Positions 38,988 through 51,765 of a stretch of 64,000 bases of DNA are shown one piece after another. Location: assembly GCF_037042905.1 (NCBI RefSeq), contig NC_087252.1, positions 20,462,001 through 20,526,000 on the forward strand. The letters are read 5' to 3'. Made by a program: the position numbers and the translations under genes. Origin of the DNA: Lytechinus pictus. Taxonomy: Eukaryota. The notes under the pieces are model-generated. The model made no database searches and had not been told where the DNA came from. It was given only the letters and a program-made list of their open reading frames with translations. How positions within the stretch are numbered: position 1 is the first letter of the stretch; each line of letters starts with the position of its first letter.

Positions 38988-39974
38988 ATGAAAAGATCAT
39001 CAGAGTGTTATTTTTTTTGGAGACTCTATCCTTTGCTCTTTGGATGCAATTTATTGACATTTGGGATTGAATATCCAGCACAAGTTTTTTTTTTCCCTGG
39101 AGCAACAATTAAAAGTTTGAGACAGGATATCAGGAACATATATGAAAATACTTACGATCATAATATATTGCATGTTTTTATCCATGTAGGAACAAACAAT
39201 CTTGAAAGTCTTATTTGGGAGAGAGAGAGAAAACATTTGATTTATTTGTATAAAACTGTCAAGGAGGTATTTCGCTCATCATCTGTAATCTTTTCTACAG
39301 TTTTACCTCGTTTTGACTGTGATGATCTATATTATACATCTATTTTTTTTAATGCTGAACTTCTAAGATTATGTCAAACACTTCCAGACTGTACTTTGTT
39401 TGATTCAAACAGTGACTTTTTAGATATTGGACTATTTCATTCAGATGGACTTCATTTGAACAGTCCAGGCAAACTTATTTTTGCTTCTTGTATTCATTAT
39501 TTCTTAATTAAGAATTTTAAACGCGAGTCAGAAAAGAAAACAAGGATCAGAAGTGTTTGGATTCCACGTGAACTAAAAAAATTATACACACCGCGACCAC
39601 AAAAAAAGAAGGAACAAAATGACAGTAAACAATATTTGCATGTAGGAAATAAAAAACCCTCTTATAGGGGCTCAAATAGGAAAGTTCCAAGGAAACCCCT
39701 TAAACCAAAATCAAAATGCAAAGACACTGAGGGGTTTCTATACCCCAAATATCCAGCAAAGGAGCCTGTGCCCCCCATCTTGCCACCAAACCAACATCTC
39801 CCCGAAAAGCTGCCAACTTTCATCCCCTACAATACTGCTTTCCATGTTCATCGTCGTCCACCATCGTCATCATGTCAACTCCCCTCACCACCAACTCCTT
39901 ACATCGCATCTAAAAGAAGAAGAAAGAGGGCACTGAAGAGGAAAAGAGGATATAGAAAGAGACGAAGGAGAAAG
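38988..39974 (+). CDS. Academ gene exon: SGNH/GDSL hydrolase-like domain plus basic/Pro-rich tail
   Basis: Blocks FPGATI, HVGTNN and DGLHLN are in frame. GDS (39019-39027) lies in the +1 frame between two T-runs. Acceptor CAG at 38966; phase-0 donor AAG|GTATGT at 39974. Confidence 0.7.
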
Positions 39975-40496
39975 GTATGTTTCTAACAATTGGGTTATAT
40001 TCACTAAAGAAATATCTCAAAGACAGATTGACAGATTTAACAAGGAACCAAAAAAAAATGGATTCAATGGTTGACTTTACTAGCAAAACATGATGTGTAT
40101 TTATGGTCCAGTTTACAACTAATCTCTAATCAGTGATGACATTCCAAGGATTTATTTCGTGAACCTGGAAAGCATGACTACATGTATATTATTTAGTTGA
40201 CAGATGAAGGCGTACTTTGTTTTCCTTGGTAATACACTGCATAATGTTTGCTTTACATGTATACACGTATGTACAAATTGTACATTTATTTACCTCCAGC
40301 TGAAGAGCTGTAAAGGGGAAGTTTACACTCACAGATCTTGATGAAACCAATGTTTTTCCCCCTACATGCATGAGACACTGTATATAAATTTTTGCATCCA
40401 GATAAACTTCACCTTTTAACAGGCACTATTATGTATCCATGTATATCCATGTATACATGTAGTTTGATCATGTCTCTTTCATTTACTATTTTACAG

Positions 40497-41210
40497 GCAC
40501 AAAGATGTATACAAATCACTCCGCCAACCAATCACCTTCGAGTTGAAATGGAAATAGGAACCAAAGGACCATCACCTCCACCAACTGATCATCCACCTCC
40601 ACCAACTGATCATCCACCTCCACCAACCGATCATCCACCTCCACCAACTGATCATCCACCTCCACCAACTGATCATCCACCTCCACCAACTGATCATCCA
40701 CCTCCACCAACTGATCATCCACCTCCACCAACTGATCATCCACCTCCACCAACCGATCATCCACCTCCACCAACTGATCATCCACCTCCACCAACTGATC
40801 ATCCACCTCCACCAACAGATCATCCACCTCCACCAACTGATCATCCACCTCCACCAACTGATCATCCACCTCCACCAACCGATCATCCACCTCCACCAAC
40901 TGATCATCCACCTCCACCAACTGATCATCCACCTCCACCAACTGATCATCCACCTCCACCAACTGATCATCCACCTCCACCAACTGATCATCCACCTCCA
41001 CCAACTGATCATCCACCTCCACCAACCGATCATCCACCTCCACCAACCGATCATCCACCTCCACCAGCTAATCATCCACCTCCACCAGCTGATCATCCAC
41101 CTCCACCAACTGATCATCCACCTCCACGAACTGATCATCCACCTCCACCAACAGATCATCCACCTCCACCAACAGATCATCCTCCTGATGATTTGAATCG
41201 AGTAAATGAA
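40497..41210 (+). CDS. Academ gene exon: (PPPPTDH)n proline-rich repeat, ~29 x 21 bp
   Basis: TTACAG|GCA acceptor and GAA|GTAAGT donor, phase 0/0; unit CCAACTGATCATCCACCTCCA. Confidence 0.65.
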
Positions 41211-41764
41211 GTAAGTTAATACATGTATTTTGAATTGTATAATAATACATTTTCTAAAATTATTTTTAAAATAATTTAGAATAATGAATAAATAATTTTC
41301 ACATTCATACATTCCCCCTTTGAAGTCAATCCCATTAATGAAACTACATGTACATGTACTATTTATGCTTATGGTATTTTTTATTCTAGATTGCCATCAT
41401 TTACATGTTAATAAAAAATGTAGTTATTGTGTCACTCTCACCACTTTATGAGTGCCCTATGTGTAGTCTGTACTTGATTATGGTAATGGGAGATGTTAAA
41501 TCGATCATTTTTTTTCTCCTACTAGCAAAACATGATGTGTCTTCATGGTCCAGTTTACATCTAATCTCTAATCGGTGATGATATTGCAAGGATTTGTTTT
41601 GTGAACCTGGAAAGCATGACTACATTTATATTATAGGCATGAAACACACTACACTGTATATAAACTTTTGCATTCAGATAAACTTCACCTGTTAAGAGGC
41701 ACTGTCATATATATCCATGTATACATGTAGTTTGATCATGTCTCTTTCATTTACTATTTTCCAG

Positions 41765-42184
41765 GCACAAAGATGTATAGAGATCACTCCGCCAACCAAT
41801 CACCTTCGAGTTGAAATGAAAATAGGAACCAAAGGACCATCACCTCCACCAGCTGATCATCCACCTCCACCAACTGATCATCCACCTCCACCAACCGATC
41901 CTCCACCTCCACCAACTGATCATCCACCTCCACCAACTGATCATCCACCTCCACCAACAGATCATCCACCTCCACCAACTGATCATCCACCTCCACCAAC
42001 CGATCATCCACCTCCACCAACTGATCATCCACCTCCACCAACTGATCATCCACCTCCACCAACAGATCATCCACCTCCACCAACAGATCATCCACCTCCA
42101 CCAACTGATCATCCACCTCCACCAACTGATCATCCACCTCCACCAACAGATCATCCTCCCGATGATTTGAATCGAGTAAATGAA
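41765..42184 (+). CDS. Duplicated (PPPPTDH)n exon, ~15 x 21 bp
   Basis: TTCCAG|GCA acceptor and GAA|GTAAGT donor, phase 0/0; near-identical to 40497-41210. Confidence 0.65.
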
Positions 42185-42578
42185 GTAAGTTGATACATTT
42201 TTTTTTAATTGTATAATAATACATTTTCTAAAATTATTTTTAAAATGATTAAGAATAATAAATAATTTTCACATTCATACATTCCCCCTTTGAAGTCAGT
42301 CCCATTAATGAAACTACATGTACTATTTATGCTAATGGTATTGTGTATTCTAGATTGCCATCATTTACATGTTAAGAATGTAGTTATTGTTGTGTCTCTC
42401 ACCACTGTATTAGTGCCCTATGTGTAGTCTGTATTTGATATGGTAATGGGAGATGTGAAATCGATCATTTTTTTTCCTCCTCCCACCATCTTTATGAGGC
42501 AAAGTCATGAAATTGCGAGATCTAGCATTATTTCACAGCTTTACAATTTATGTTGCTCTTCATGTCCATGTATTACAG

Positions 42579-45500
42579 GTAACGGAATGTTGTTTCAGAG
42601 CTGCTTTATCATCTCAAGATCATGAAGGATTCTTGCAGTTGGGGTGAAGGACAAGCTACCTCCCTGCCAGAAAGTCTCGTGTGGCCCTTGCGTTCTTTGC
42701 AAAAAGACGTCTACTCAGTTTTATCATCTATGTAAGATGAAGTCTGATGCTCTTTTGTCTATCATTAAACAACATAATGCTGATATTTTAATGACAGACT
42801 GTATTTGTAGTGGTTGCCGGAAAAAGTATGTTAAAAAATTGAAAAATCCGGATTATACACCAGAAAAAACCCGTAAAAAAGAAAGTAGCTGTTGTTTTTT
42901 ATTTCATTATGACCAATGTAATGAAAAATCATTCAGAGATTGTCAGTGTACAGTAGAAGCATTCAATTCTGCCTTTTCTGTAGAATGTAGTACACTTCCA
43001 CCAGCCATACCTTTATGCATGAAGCATAGATCTGAATTATCACATTTTGAGAATGCAAGAAATCATAGTTTATGTTCTGTGAAACAATACTGACTTTGAA
43101 TGATAAAACATATACATGTAAAGATATTCCTGAAAGTGATTTGAAAAGATTATGCAATATAAATGAAGATTTTACCGGAACTCAGGATCATATTATCTGT
43201 AGACCATGCTACATGTACGTGTATCGCGTTACGAAAAGTGAATCAAGTAATATTTCTATAAGGAGTCTGGAAAGTTATTTCAAGAAATGTGAGTATGATT
43301 CTGATTCAGATGAAGGGTTGTTACTCAAAATTCTTAATGACACATATTTGTTCATATGTAGACTAATTCAGGAAGATAATTGTTTCTTATTTATCACTGT
43401 ATATGAATATTTTTCTGATCTTGTAACAAAGAAATGCTATGATGCACAGCAGTGTGACAGAGTAAGTAAAAGTCCAATTTTCGTTAAGGGTAAAGTTTTA
43501 CATCAGTTTGGAGAGCTTTTGATCATGCACAGAGATGCACGAAGAAGGGGCACATTTTTTTACATTGCAGAGATGTCTTGTGAGGATATTATATGTTCAT
43601 GGCATATTTCTTTTTCAAAACTTAGATTAATGCAAAATATTAAAGAGAGAACACACGATATACATGACACACCATCCTTTTCCACAGAATTCAGTTCAAC
43701 CTCAGAATTAAACATGCAGTTTCGGAATGTTGTAAATCATGGAAACGATGTTATCCGCAAACAGGCAAAAGACCTCACTTTAGAATATATAGGTGATCCT
43801 TTAGCTGTTACAAATTTCAATTTCGAGTCTGCAGTCTCAAACTGTCATCCCTTTGTGTGGAATCTAGTTTGTATTATTACAGCAACTGTAGAAGAAATGC
43901 AATATTTCCATCACTCTTCCATTCAGATAGACTCTGAATTCATACACTTTCCATCAGAAGACACCCAAGCAGGTGTAAAAAGAAAGCAGCGCAGAATAGC
44001 ATGTTTATTCCTTTTGCAGTTTATTATGAATGATGAGAATTATTACCCCCTTCATATTACAATAGCCAATTGTGTCAAAAAACTGTCCCATTCCTCAAAG
44101 CTTCTTAAAATTTTAAATCATGTTGGTTTTGCATGTTCTGAGAGTACTCTTGACAGATTTTTACAAGTAGTGCATGATAGGCGTATTGATAGTGGACCTC
44201 TTTCACATTTAAACCCATTTGCAGTGACATACGTTTCTCTTGATAATATAGATGTACTGAATCCCTATGCTGCTGTTACTGTTGATAAATCAAGGAGTTG
44301 GCATGGTACGTCTATCATGGCACAGCAGCCTAAACCGTCAGCTGTCCATTGGCATGAAAACGACACTTTGTCAGATATCAATGCTGTACAATTGCCCCAT
44401 ATCGATGAACCTGGACCAAGTTCTGCTATAAACCAGCCTGTTGGGCAAGTAAAAAAAAAACCAGTTGTCCGCAGAAGATTAGCACAATTTGACCATATGG
44501 ATGTTCCAGGTCCATCCTCTTTTCAACCTCCTCTTTTCAAAACTTCAATAAGATCGCAACTTTCTCTTACACATTTTTTATTTTCTGAAACAGACTCCAA
44601 ACAAGAGAAAGATATGTACAAAAAAGCTCTAATATATACTTTAGAAAGATATTATTATGTTCTCAAAAATATACCATCTGACTTACCCAGTTTCAAATGT
44701 AAGTTAGCATTAGAAGGTAAAGAATACACAGACAAATCTCAATTTTCGTACATGTACGTATTGAATGAGAAGGCAGACTCTCCAGATACCATTAAGCGTT
44801 CATTGGGTCTTTTGTATGAATCTTTTAAAATTAATCGCTCCTTAAATCATTTAGTCATCGTAGGTGATGGTGCCACTATACGGCTTTTGTTAAACTTGAA
44901 ATTAGAATATGGAGATTCTCTTGATTGGGTTATACCGTTTTTGGGTGACTGGCACATTCTTAAAAATTTTCAAGAGGTCCTTATGAAGATATATTGGGAT
45001 GCTGGGTTGAAGGATGTAGCCAAATTAACACATAAGCAATCAACATTGAAAACCCTTGGTAGCTGCGCCAATTTCAAACGCACTCATATATTTTTGTTAC
45101 AAGTATATGAAGCAATACTTATGTTGCAAGTTTCTAGTTTCATATCATATAAAAGTAAGCATGATATTGATTTTACAAACGATGTCTTTTTGGAGAAGGT
45201 AAAAAATGTTCTTAGCTTTGTAGATATCAAAGATGGTAAATATGTGGATCAAGAAAGGTTTTTGGCTGCACAACATGAATTTATTTCACAGTTTGTTGAG
45301 CCAATGCAAGATGAGTTTTTGTTATTTTGTAATGAAATGTCGGAAAAGTTCGAAACATTGCATTTTTGGCAACAGTTTTTAGTTAAAGATTGTCTTTGCT
45401 ATATAAATCTGTGGTTTGCCATCCGTACAGGTAATTGGAATTTAAGACTGTCAGCACTTAAACCAATGGTACCACTATTCACTGCATTTGATAGGCAAAA

Positions 45501-48000
45501 TTATTCATATTTGATTCCTTTTTATTTCCGTCAATTACATTCCTTACCTAAATACATCTTGGAACATTTTGAACAAGGTGCTTTTGTTTCAAGCCTCACT
45601 GGAAATGAATATTCTCAGGTTGCTTTAGATGAGGCTCACGAGATGCTTATTAATAAAGATTGCAAGACTGCATTTTCACAACATTTGCCACAACATGTAG
45701 AAAAAATAAGTGCAACATTACAGTGTCAAGCTAAATTAATTAAAAATCTGGAAGATCAAACTGGAATTAAACAAAAAACAATGTTTCAACGTGACCTTCA
45801 GAAATCTGTTATTGATGCTGAGTTTTCAAATGTAAAATCATATTTTCAAGTTTTGTGTAACACTTCAATGTTCTCTGATGTTCAGGAAAGTAAGCTTTAT
45901 CATGTTTTCACTAATGTTAACGGCTCTACTAGCACAGCAGAAATGTCTTCTTCAATTCAGGCAATTGGGACAAGATGCTTATGACGCGCTTTGTAGAATT
46001 CAGATGTTAAATGAGTCCTCAGTTAAAAAAGCAGTAAGAATAAAATTTAGGTTAAAAACATTTTCTAAAGAAAAATTACGAGCCAAAAAGGTCAATGACC
46101 TAGAAAAAGAAAAACGTCTGATTACCTTGTGTTATAAGAGAACCCTTGCTTTTTCAGAAGAAAGAAACGTTCCAGTATCAGATTTAGGACAGTTCATAGA
46201 AAAGCCTCGAGCTATTTGCTTGCCAAACGGACTTCCTTACAAAGGAGCGAAATCAGTAATTTATGACCAATTAGAAAAAAGATATTCAAATTATGAAATA
46301 GTAAGCAACTCTTGTGAGTTTCATGATGGACAATTTTGTGCTATAATTGAAGGAATGAACATTATTTATACTTCCCCTCTAAAACAATTCAAAACGTTCA
46401 AGGAATATGCAACCTTTTTAGAACGTAGATGGATTTCTTCTTTTTTCAGGAAGGGGTATACATAAGTACGTATTCTTTTCGATCAATTTAATACACAGGG
46501 TATATCTCCTAAAGGTGTTGAGCGGGGCAGACGAGATGGGAATGGGGATACAGATACTTACGAAACTATAAATGATGATATTCCATTGCCTTCTAACTGG
46601 ATGACGTTTTTGAAAAATAGACAAAACAAGCATATGCTCTGTCGGTATTTATCCCAAGCATTTGTTGGCATTGCTCCTCAATATTTTCAAACTTCCAACC
46701 AGTCATTTATTACATCTGGTGGTTTCCATGTTGGGGAGCAAATTAATCTTGAGTGGACTGGTATTAAAGTTGATGAAAATGGGGCAGATGTGCAGGAAAT
46801 TTTTCATAATCACGAAGAAAGTGATACACAGATATGGCTTCATGTAGACAATACCACTTGCAACAAGATTTTGATTTATTCAATAGATAGGGATGTAGGA
46901 GTGATAGGTCTTCCTCTTGATTTTGGAGATAAGGAAATTATAATTCAATTCAGGGCTAGGGCTGGTTCTGAGAAGTTCCTTCATCTTAATCAATTGAAAT
47001 CAGCATGTTGTTTGGTTCCGGACCTTGGTCTGTTAGTTAAAAATAACATTGATATAAAAAAAATGCCTGCAAACCCTATACATATGTTCAGGCTGTGATT
47101 TTGTTTCCTATTTTGCTCATCTTGGTAAGGGTACATTTTTTAAGTCATTCTCTCAATATGCCTCTTTTATCACAGGGCACCAAACACATAGTACACCTGG
47201 AAACCTAACTAATACATCATTGGATACAGATTCAAGTTTAGGTCTTTTCAGTTTTTACCGCCTAATTCTATGTACTTATTAATGCAAATAGAGCTTGTCT
47301 TCATAAATATAACTCTCCTGTTGATCTTTATAATAGTGTCAATGCTGATTCCTTGGAAGAGCAGCATTGTAAAGCTTTAGGTATAGTTAGAAAAGCTTCA
47401 TGGAAAGGTACGTATGAAGACCAGCTCTTGCCATCAGATAATGCCCTACGTTTACATTGGTTACGAAGCTGCTGGGTCAGCACTGTGTGGGGTATGGCTA
47501 AAATACATGAATTTCAGTATCCTGACATAACAAAATATGGATTTGTAGTGTCTGATAACGATGAAAATGTTGTTGTTGAATTTGAATGGGACTCTGAGGA
47601 AAACATGCAACGTATAAAAGAAAATGTGTTATACCTTACACGTGGTTGCAAGTGTTCAAAATCAAAGTGTCGTAACCGGCAATGTAAATGTAGAAAAGCT
47701 AATAATTTGTGTGGTCCAGGGTATAGGTGCAATAATTGTGAAAACATTTCACCTGCCACCCCTGCAGATAAAGGTGTTGACAAAAACACAGGCTATAATG
47801 CCGATGATGATGATGAGGAGGAGGAGGATGATGAAGATGATATTGATGACAGGGAGGATGATATTGATGACAGGGAAGATGATGACATTGATGATTATAT
47901 TTCCGAAGACATGTGTACTATATTTAGTACTGATCATAACAATGATAAAGTCATGAACGTCTTAACAGAATCAGATAGCTCTGAAACTGAATTTTTCTGA
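42579..48000 (+). pseudogene. Academ transposase (Cys-rich N-terminus, DDE core, XPG/PIN-like nuclease, Cys8/CXC finger, acidic tail), disrupted
   Basis: Motifs SLDNID...SWHGTS, VGDGAT, LGDWHILKN, AFDRQNYS, VALDEAHEMLINK, IIEGMN, HEESDTQIWLHV, SGCDFVSYF, LLPSDNALRLHWLRS, CKCSKSKCRNRQCKCRK. Frameshifts near 42641, 43080, 45918, 47060 and 47279; nonsense GAA>TAA at 46463-46465 relative to copy 2. Confidence 0.9.
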
Positions 48001-51000
48001 TGTATACTAATTAACCTTTTTTACAATTGTTTTAATTGTAAAGAGGTTAACATTGGATTTATACTTTGAACATTTTTATGCATGTTTCAATGTCCTGTAT
48101 GAATGAGCTCATTCACTTACATGTTCATTGTACCTGTCTGTATATATATAATTATATGTATATCTTGCCATACATAACTGATGTGTATACTTAAAAAAGA
48201 AGGGTTTATGAATTTTTGCCAAAGAAATGAACATGTATTGTTCATGCATACCCTTAACAGTGCTCAGGAATCCAGAAGAAATTTATGTTGGAGGTTTTTT
48301 TCCTACTGGTGATACAACTGCCATGTTACTTCGCTGATATCTTTTTTTGCCATATGTTTTTATAGCTATATTTGAAAATATATATCCGTTTATATATTTC
48401 TTTTTTTTTCCAAACAAGTGTGTGATAAGACTGCTGCTATGGCTTGTTTCCTTTTGCAGCATGTAGTCTTTCAGTATTTATTCCTAGAGGTTAACAAGTA
48501 AAGGAATTCACTTGCCAGTATATATTCATCAAATGTGCTTATTCAACAGGTATGCAACAGGTATCTGATTTGATGATTTGTATTACACCTTTTTTTTTAT
48601 TATTATTTCATTTTTAGGGTGTATGTTAAACCCAACTATCGGATAGTCTTCCTGATATGCAGTGTATATTTGTGCAATAATTATGCAGTTTTTTTAAACA
48701 TTTATTTGTTCATACATGAGCAATTTAAAGCTCAGTATGTATCTGTGTAGTAATCAAGCTGTATCACATAGTTGTCTTTAATTTTCATGCAAATGTGGCA
48801 GTTTAAAGTTGTTACATATTTAGCAGTTTTACCAGAATATGTATTATAGCAACAATTTACTTGTGATATTAGGCTATGACCTGCTATTCGAAGGTTTGTA
48901 TTCAAATGTGTCATGCATTGTATGTCAATTGTAAGAAAGTAATAAGGCTGACAAAGACATTCCAAGATGTGTGCATGATAAATATCTGAGTATGTGCATT
49001 TAACCACCTTGAGAGCTCAATTTTATTTTCAGCACGTTTGATATTTTACTGTGTTTTATTGTTATTTATGTCTTTGACTCATTTGATATACCATTTACTT
49101 GTTCATGCATTGGGGTAAGTGCCTTTAGTTGATATACTTATTTGATCTACCTGGGTTTCATTACCCAGAATCGTGCAGAATTAACCAGCATCACAGGGTA
49201 ATGCTATCATATCTTGTTGGAAACTTATGAAATGGTTATATTTTGTGCCTTGTATATTTTACCTCGCCAAGGTTTATGTGTTTTTAATTACTTTTTAAAG
49301 TGTGTGATATACAAAGATGATCAGTTATTCCTGCCTTGCAACTGACAATTACTATTAAGTGCTACTCTCAATATATGTAGGTACATGTATATGTAGTCAT
49401 TGAAGACCACTTCAAAAGAAAATGTAACTTTGTCATATCACACTTTATGATATCTTCAATGTATTTAATGTACATGTATGTATCCTCAGTTACGATACAA
49501 ACTTGTATTTAAAGTGCCTTTATTAGCATATTTTTAGATAGAAGAGGTTTATTTGTTTGTTTAAACAAATATCATATGACGTAACCTTTTCCTTGTATTT
49601 TTTACCTTGCCAGATCCCTCTTTTTTGAAGAGTAAAGAATAAATGTTACATGAAAGTTTTGAAAGAAAAAATATTTCCTTTGTGTATATAATCATGAGCT
49701 ATACATTTGTGATTTATTGGTGAGAAATGATGAGACTGAGAGGCTTGTTGCTTTGTAAAAGACATCACTATTTGCAAGAGAGAGTGTGTGTGTGTGTGTA
49801 GTGGGGGGGGGTTGTAGGAGATGTACATGTAGTTATGGTTTTAAATCCACAAGTAGGCGACAATTTTTTCGTCTCCTCTGGTTCCCAATGTATTTGTCCA
49901 AAGAAATTAAACCACTAAGTGATCGTGTGACATGAGAAATAAAACGGGCACAAAATTGTCTTCCCTGGTTAAGTTGTGGAATGATGTGAAATCTCTTATT
50001 TTGAAAAATATATATATTTTGTCCCCCCCCCCCCCTATAAATATGTGTTGCATTGAAAAAAAAAATGGTGTATAAAATTGAACCAAAATTGCTCTTGGCA
50101 TTGCCAAATGAAGAATTTTGGTATTGCATGTTGATTTGGGGGGGGGGGGAGAATAGTGAAAATCAAATCTGTCACTTCTCATCAAAGTTGCCTTAGCCAT
50201 TTAGTGCTGTCATTTTTTTTTTTACTCAAAGGAGTCTGTGGGTAGCAGTGAGCGGTGTATTATTTTTTTTCTTCAAAATTTGCAGATTTTCGTTTCGTTA
50301 ATGACTGTCCGATGTATGCATTTATCCAAGAGCAAAGCATGAATGGGTAGTACTTAGGCCTCACACATAGTCACGGCCAGGGCAAACCCAGAGAGCCCCC
50401 ACTCCCCAGCCCGCTTCGCTCGTGGTAGTGCTTGAGTGGGACTCTGGCTTAAGCCAGAGTCGGCTGAGCAGAGCCCCGCACAGACTTGTATGGGTGGGCG
50501 CACACTGTTCGTCAAATTGTAATATCTAGGCTACACGAACATTTTTGGGAACTGCAAACGATGTGTTGTCTATAATCAATCATATTATTCAATCGGAAAA
50601 GATAAGATTATATGAAATGGACTGCTAATGTTGTAATAACGCCATTCCAAGAAGTCTTCGCACGTAAATACTCGGTACAAGTCCAATCACCATTACGTCA
50701 TCGCTACGTCAGCAGCGTTCGGTAGGCTTTCGGAAATCATTCGAAAATCTTCGTATCTTATTTGTTCAGAATTTGAAACCATTTTTTAAAACTGTGGACC
50801 TGACCCGTTCGATCAACAAAACGACCTGATATTCACACGAAATGAAGATTAATACCTACTTTTTCGAAAATCATTCTGAATAGTGAGGTTCCTATAGTTT
50901 TTAGCTGTTTTTTATGTCTCTGTTTTCAACCCAAACTCGATAAAAATGGAAGGAAAGTAAGCTTGTGTTTGACGTAAAATATAACCATCTGGGAGTACAA

Positions 51001-51210
51001 ATACGGTAATGTTGATTAGATGTTGTGAAAGAGCCGACATTTTCCTTCAAAATGACATATTATTCATTCAAAATGATGGCGAGGTACATTTTTCATGATT
51101 GAAAATATATTTGTGTTTTCGAGCGCACCCCGTATACCGTGAGCTCATTACGTATGCAAGGAGCCGTACGATAAATACAAGCAGTTTTCGTGCTGTATAG
51201 GTACGTGGGC

Positions 51211-51341
51211 ATTGATCCGTTGCGTCGCTGTGCGGTGCGGTGAGCCCGCCAAATTTGTATATGATTTGCATATTGCCGACCCACGGCGTATTTGCATATA
51301 CCCCCGGCACCGGCCGCACCACATCGACGCAACGGATCAAT
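51211..51341. repeat. 131-bp hairpin with a 17-bp perfect stem, enclosing two ATTTGCAT octamers
   Basis: ATTGATCCGTTGCGTCG (51211-51227) and CGACGCAACGGATCAAT (51325-51341); the stem extends imperfectly inward. Confidence 0.8.
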
Positions 51342-51765
51342 TCGTGAGTACGGTCCTGGAGATACTATAAAATAGAGTTATCAGAAAATTTTCGTCACTT
51401 GATAAAGAGTTGCAGCGGCACTCGAAGGCTCGTGAACTTATAAGCTTTGGGATTCCCACATATACGCTGACATTAAACGTGTAGCCTGGGTTGTGTTAAC
51501 GTGGATACGTTCTTGCTCTCTATTGAAATATTATCTTCGTGATGGAACCAGACGAACCAATGGATGTAGAATATCCAGCTAGATATGTAGCTGAATCTCT
51601 CCTGCCTGAAGAGATGGAGTTTACAGAGTCGCAGAACGCAGAAGAGACAACAAAGATATCTACAAACCCTCAGGAAACGCAATCTACATTACACTTACAC
51701 AGTTCTGTGACTGTTATACGTACGAGCGATAAAGAGAGGAACAAAAAGACACCAAAAACGAAAGT

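Larger units (their letters stand above)
40079..42482 (+). repeat. Tandem segmental duplication (40079-41520 / 41521-42482) containing an exon and its intron flanks
   Basis: Both units begin ACTAGCAAAACATGATGTGT and end AAATCGATCATTTTTTTT..CCT. Confidence 0.85.
34395..51193 (+). mobile_element. Academ (AcademX-type) DNA transposon, copy 1; right terminus lacks its last ~16 bp
   Basis: Left end CAGTCAGCCCGCTAC interrupts the host exon and matches the terminus TAGTCAGCCCGCTAC of copy 2 (53166). Encodes an Academ transposase. Homology to copy 2 stops at ...TTTTCGTGC (51193). Confidence 0.8.

Noticed and set aside
40516..42224. Minus-strand ORFs (EVDDQLV)n and (WWRWMIS)n
   Set aside because: Antisense readings of the 21-bp repeat; splice sites support only the + strand PPPPTDH frame.
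48732..49007. 91-aa ORF identical in both Academ copies (also 55410-55685)
   Set aside because: Identity is explained by the recent duplication; GTG start and no recognisable motif.
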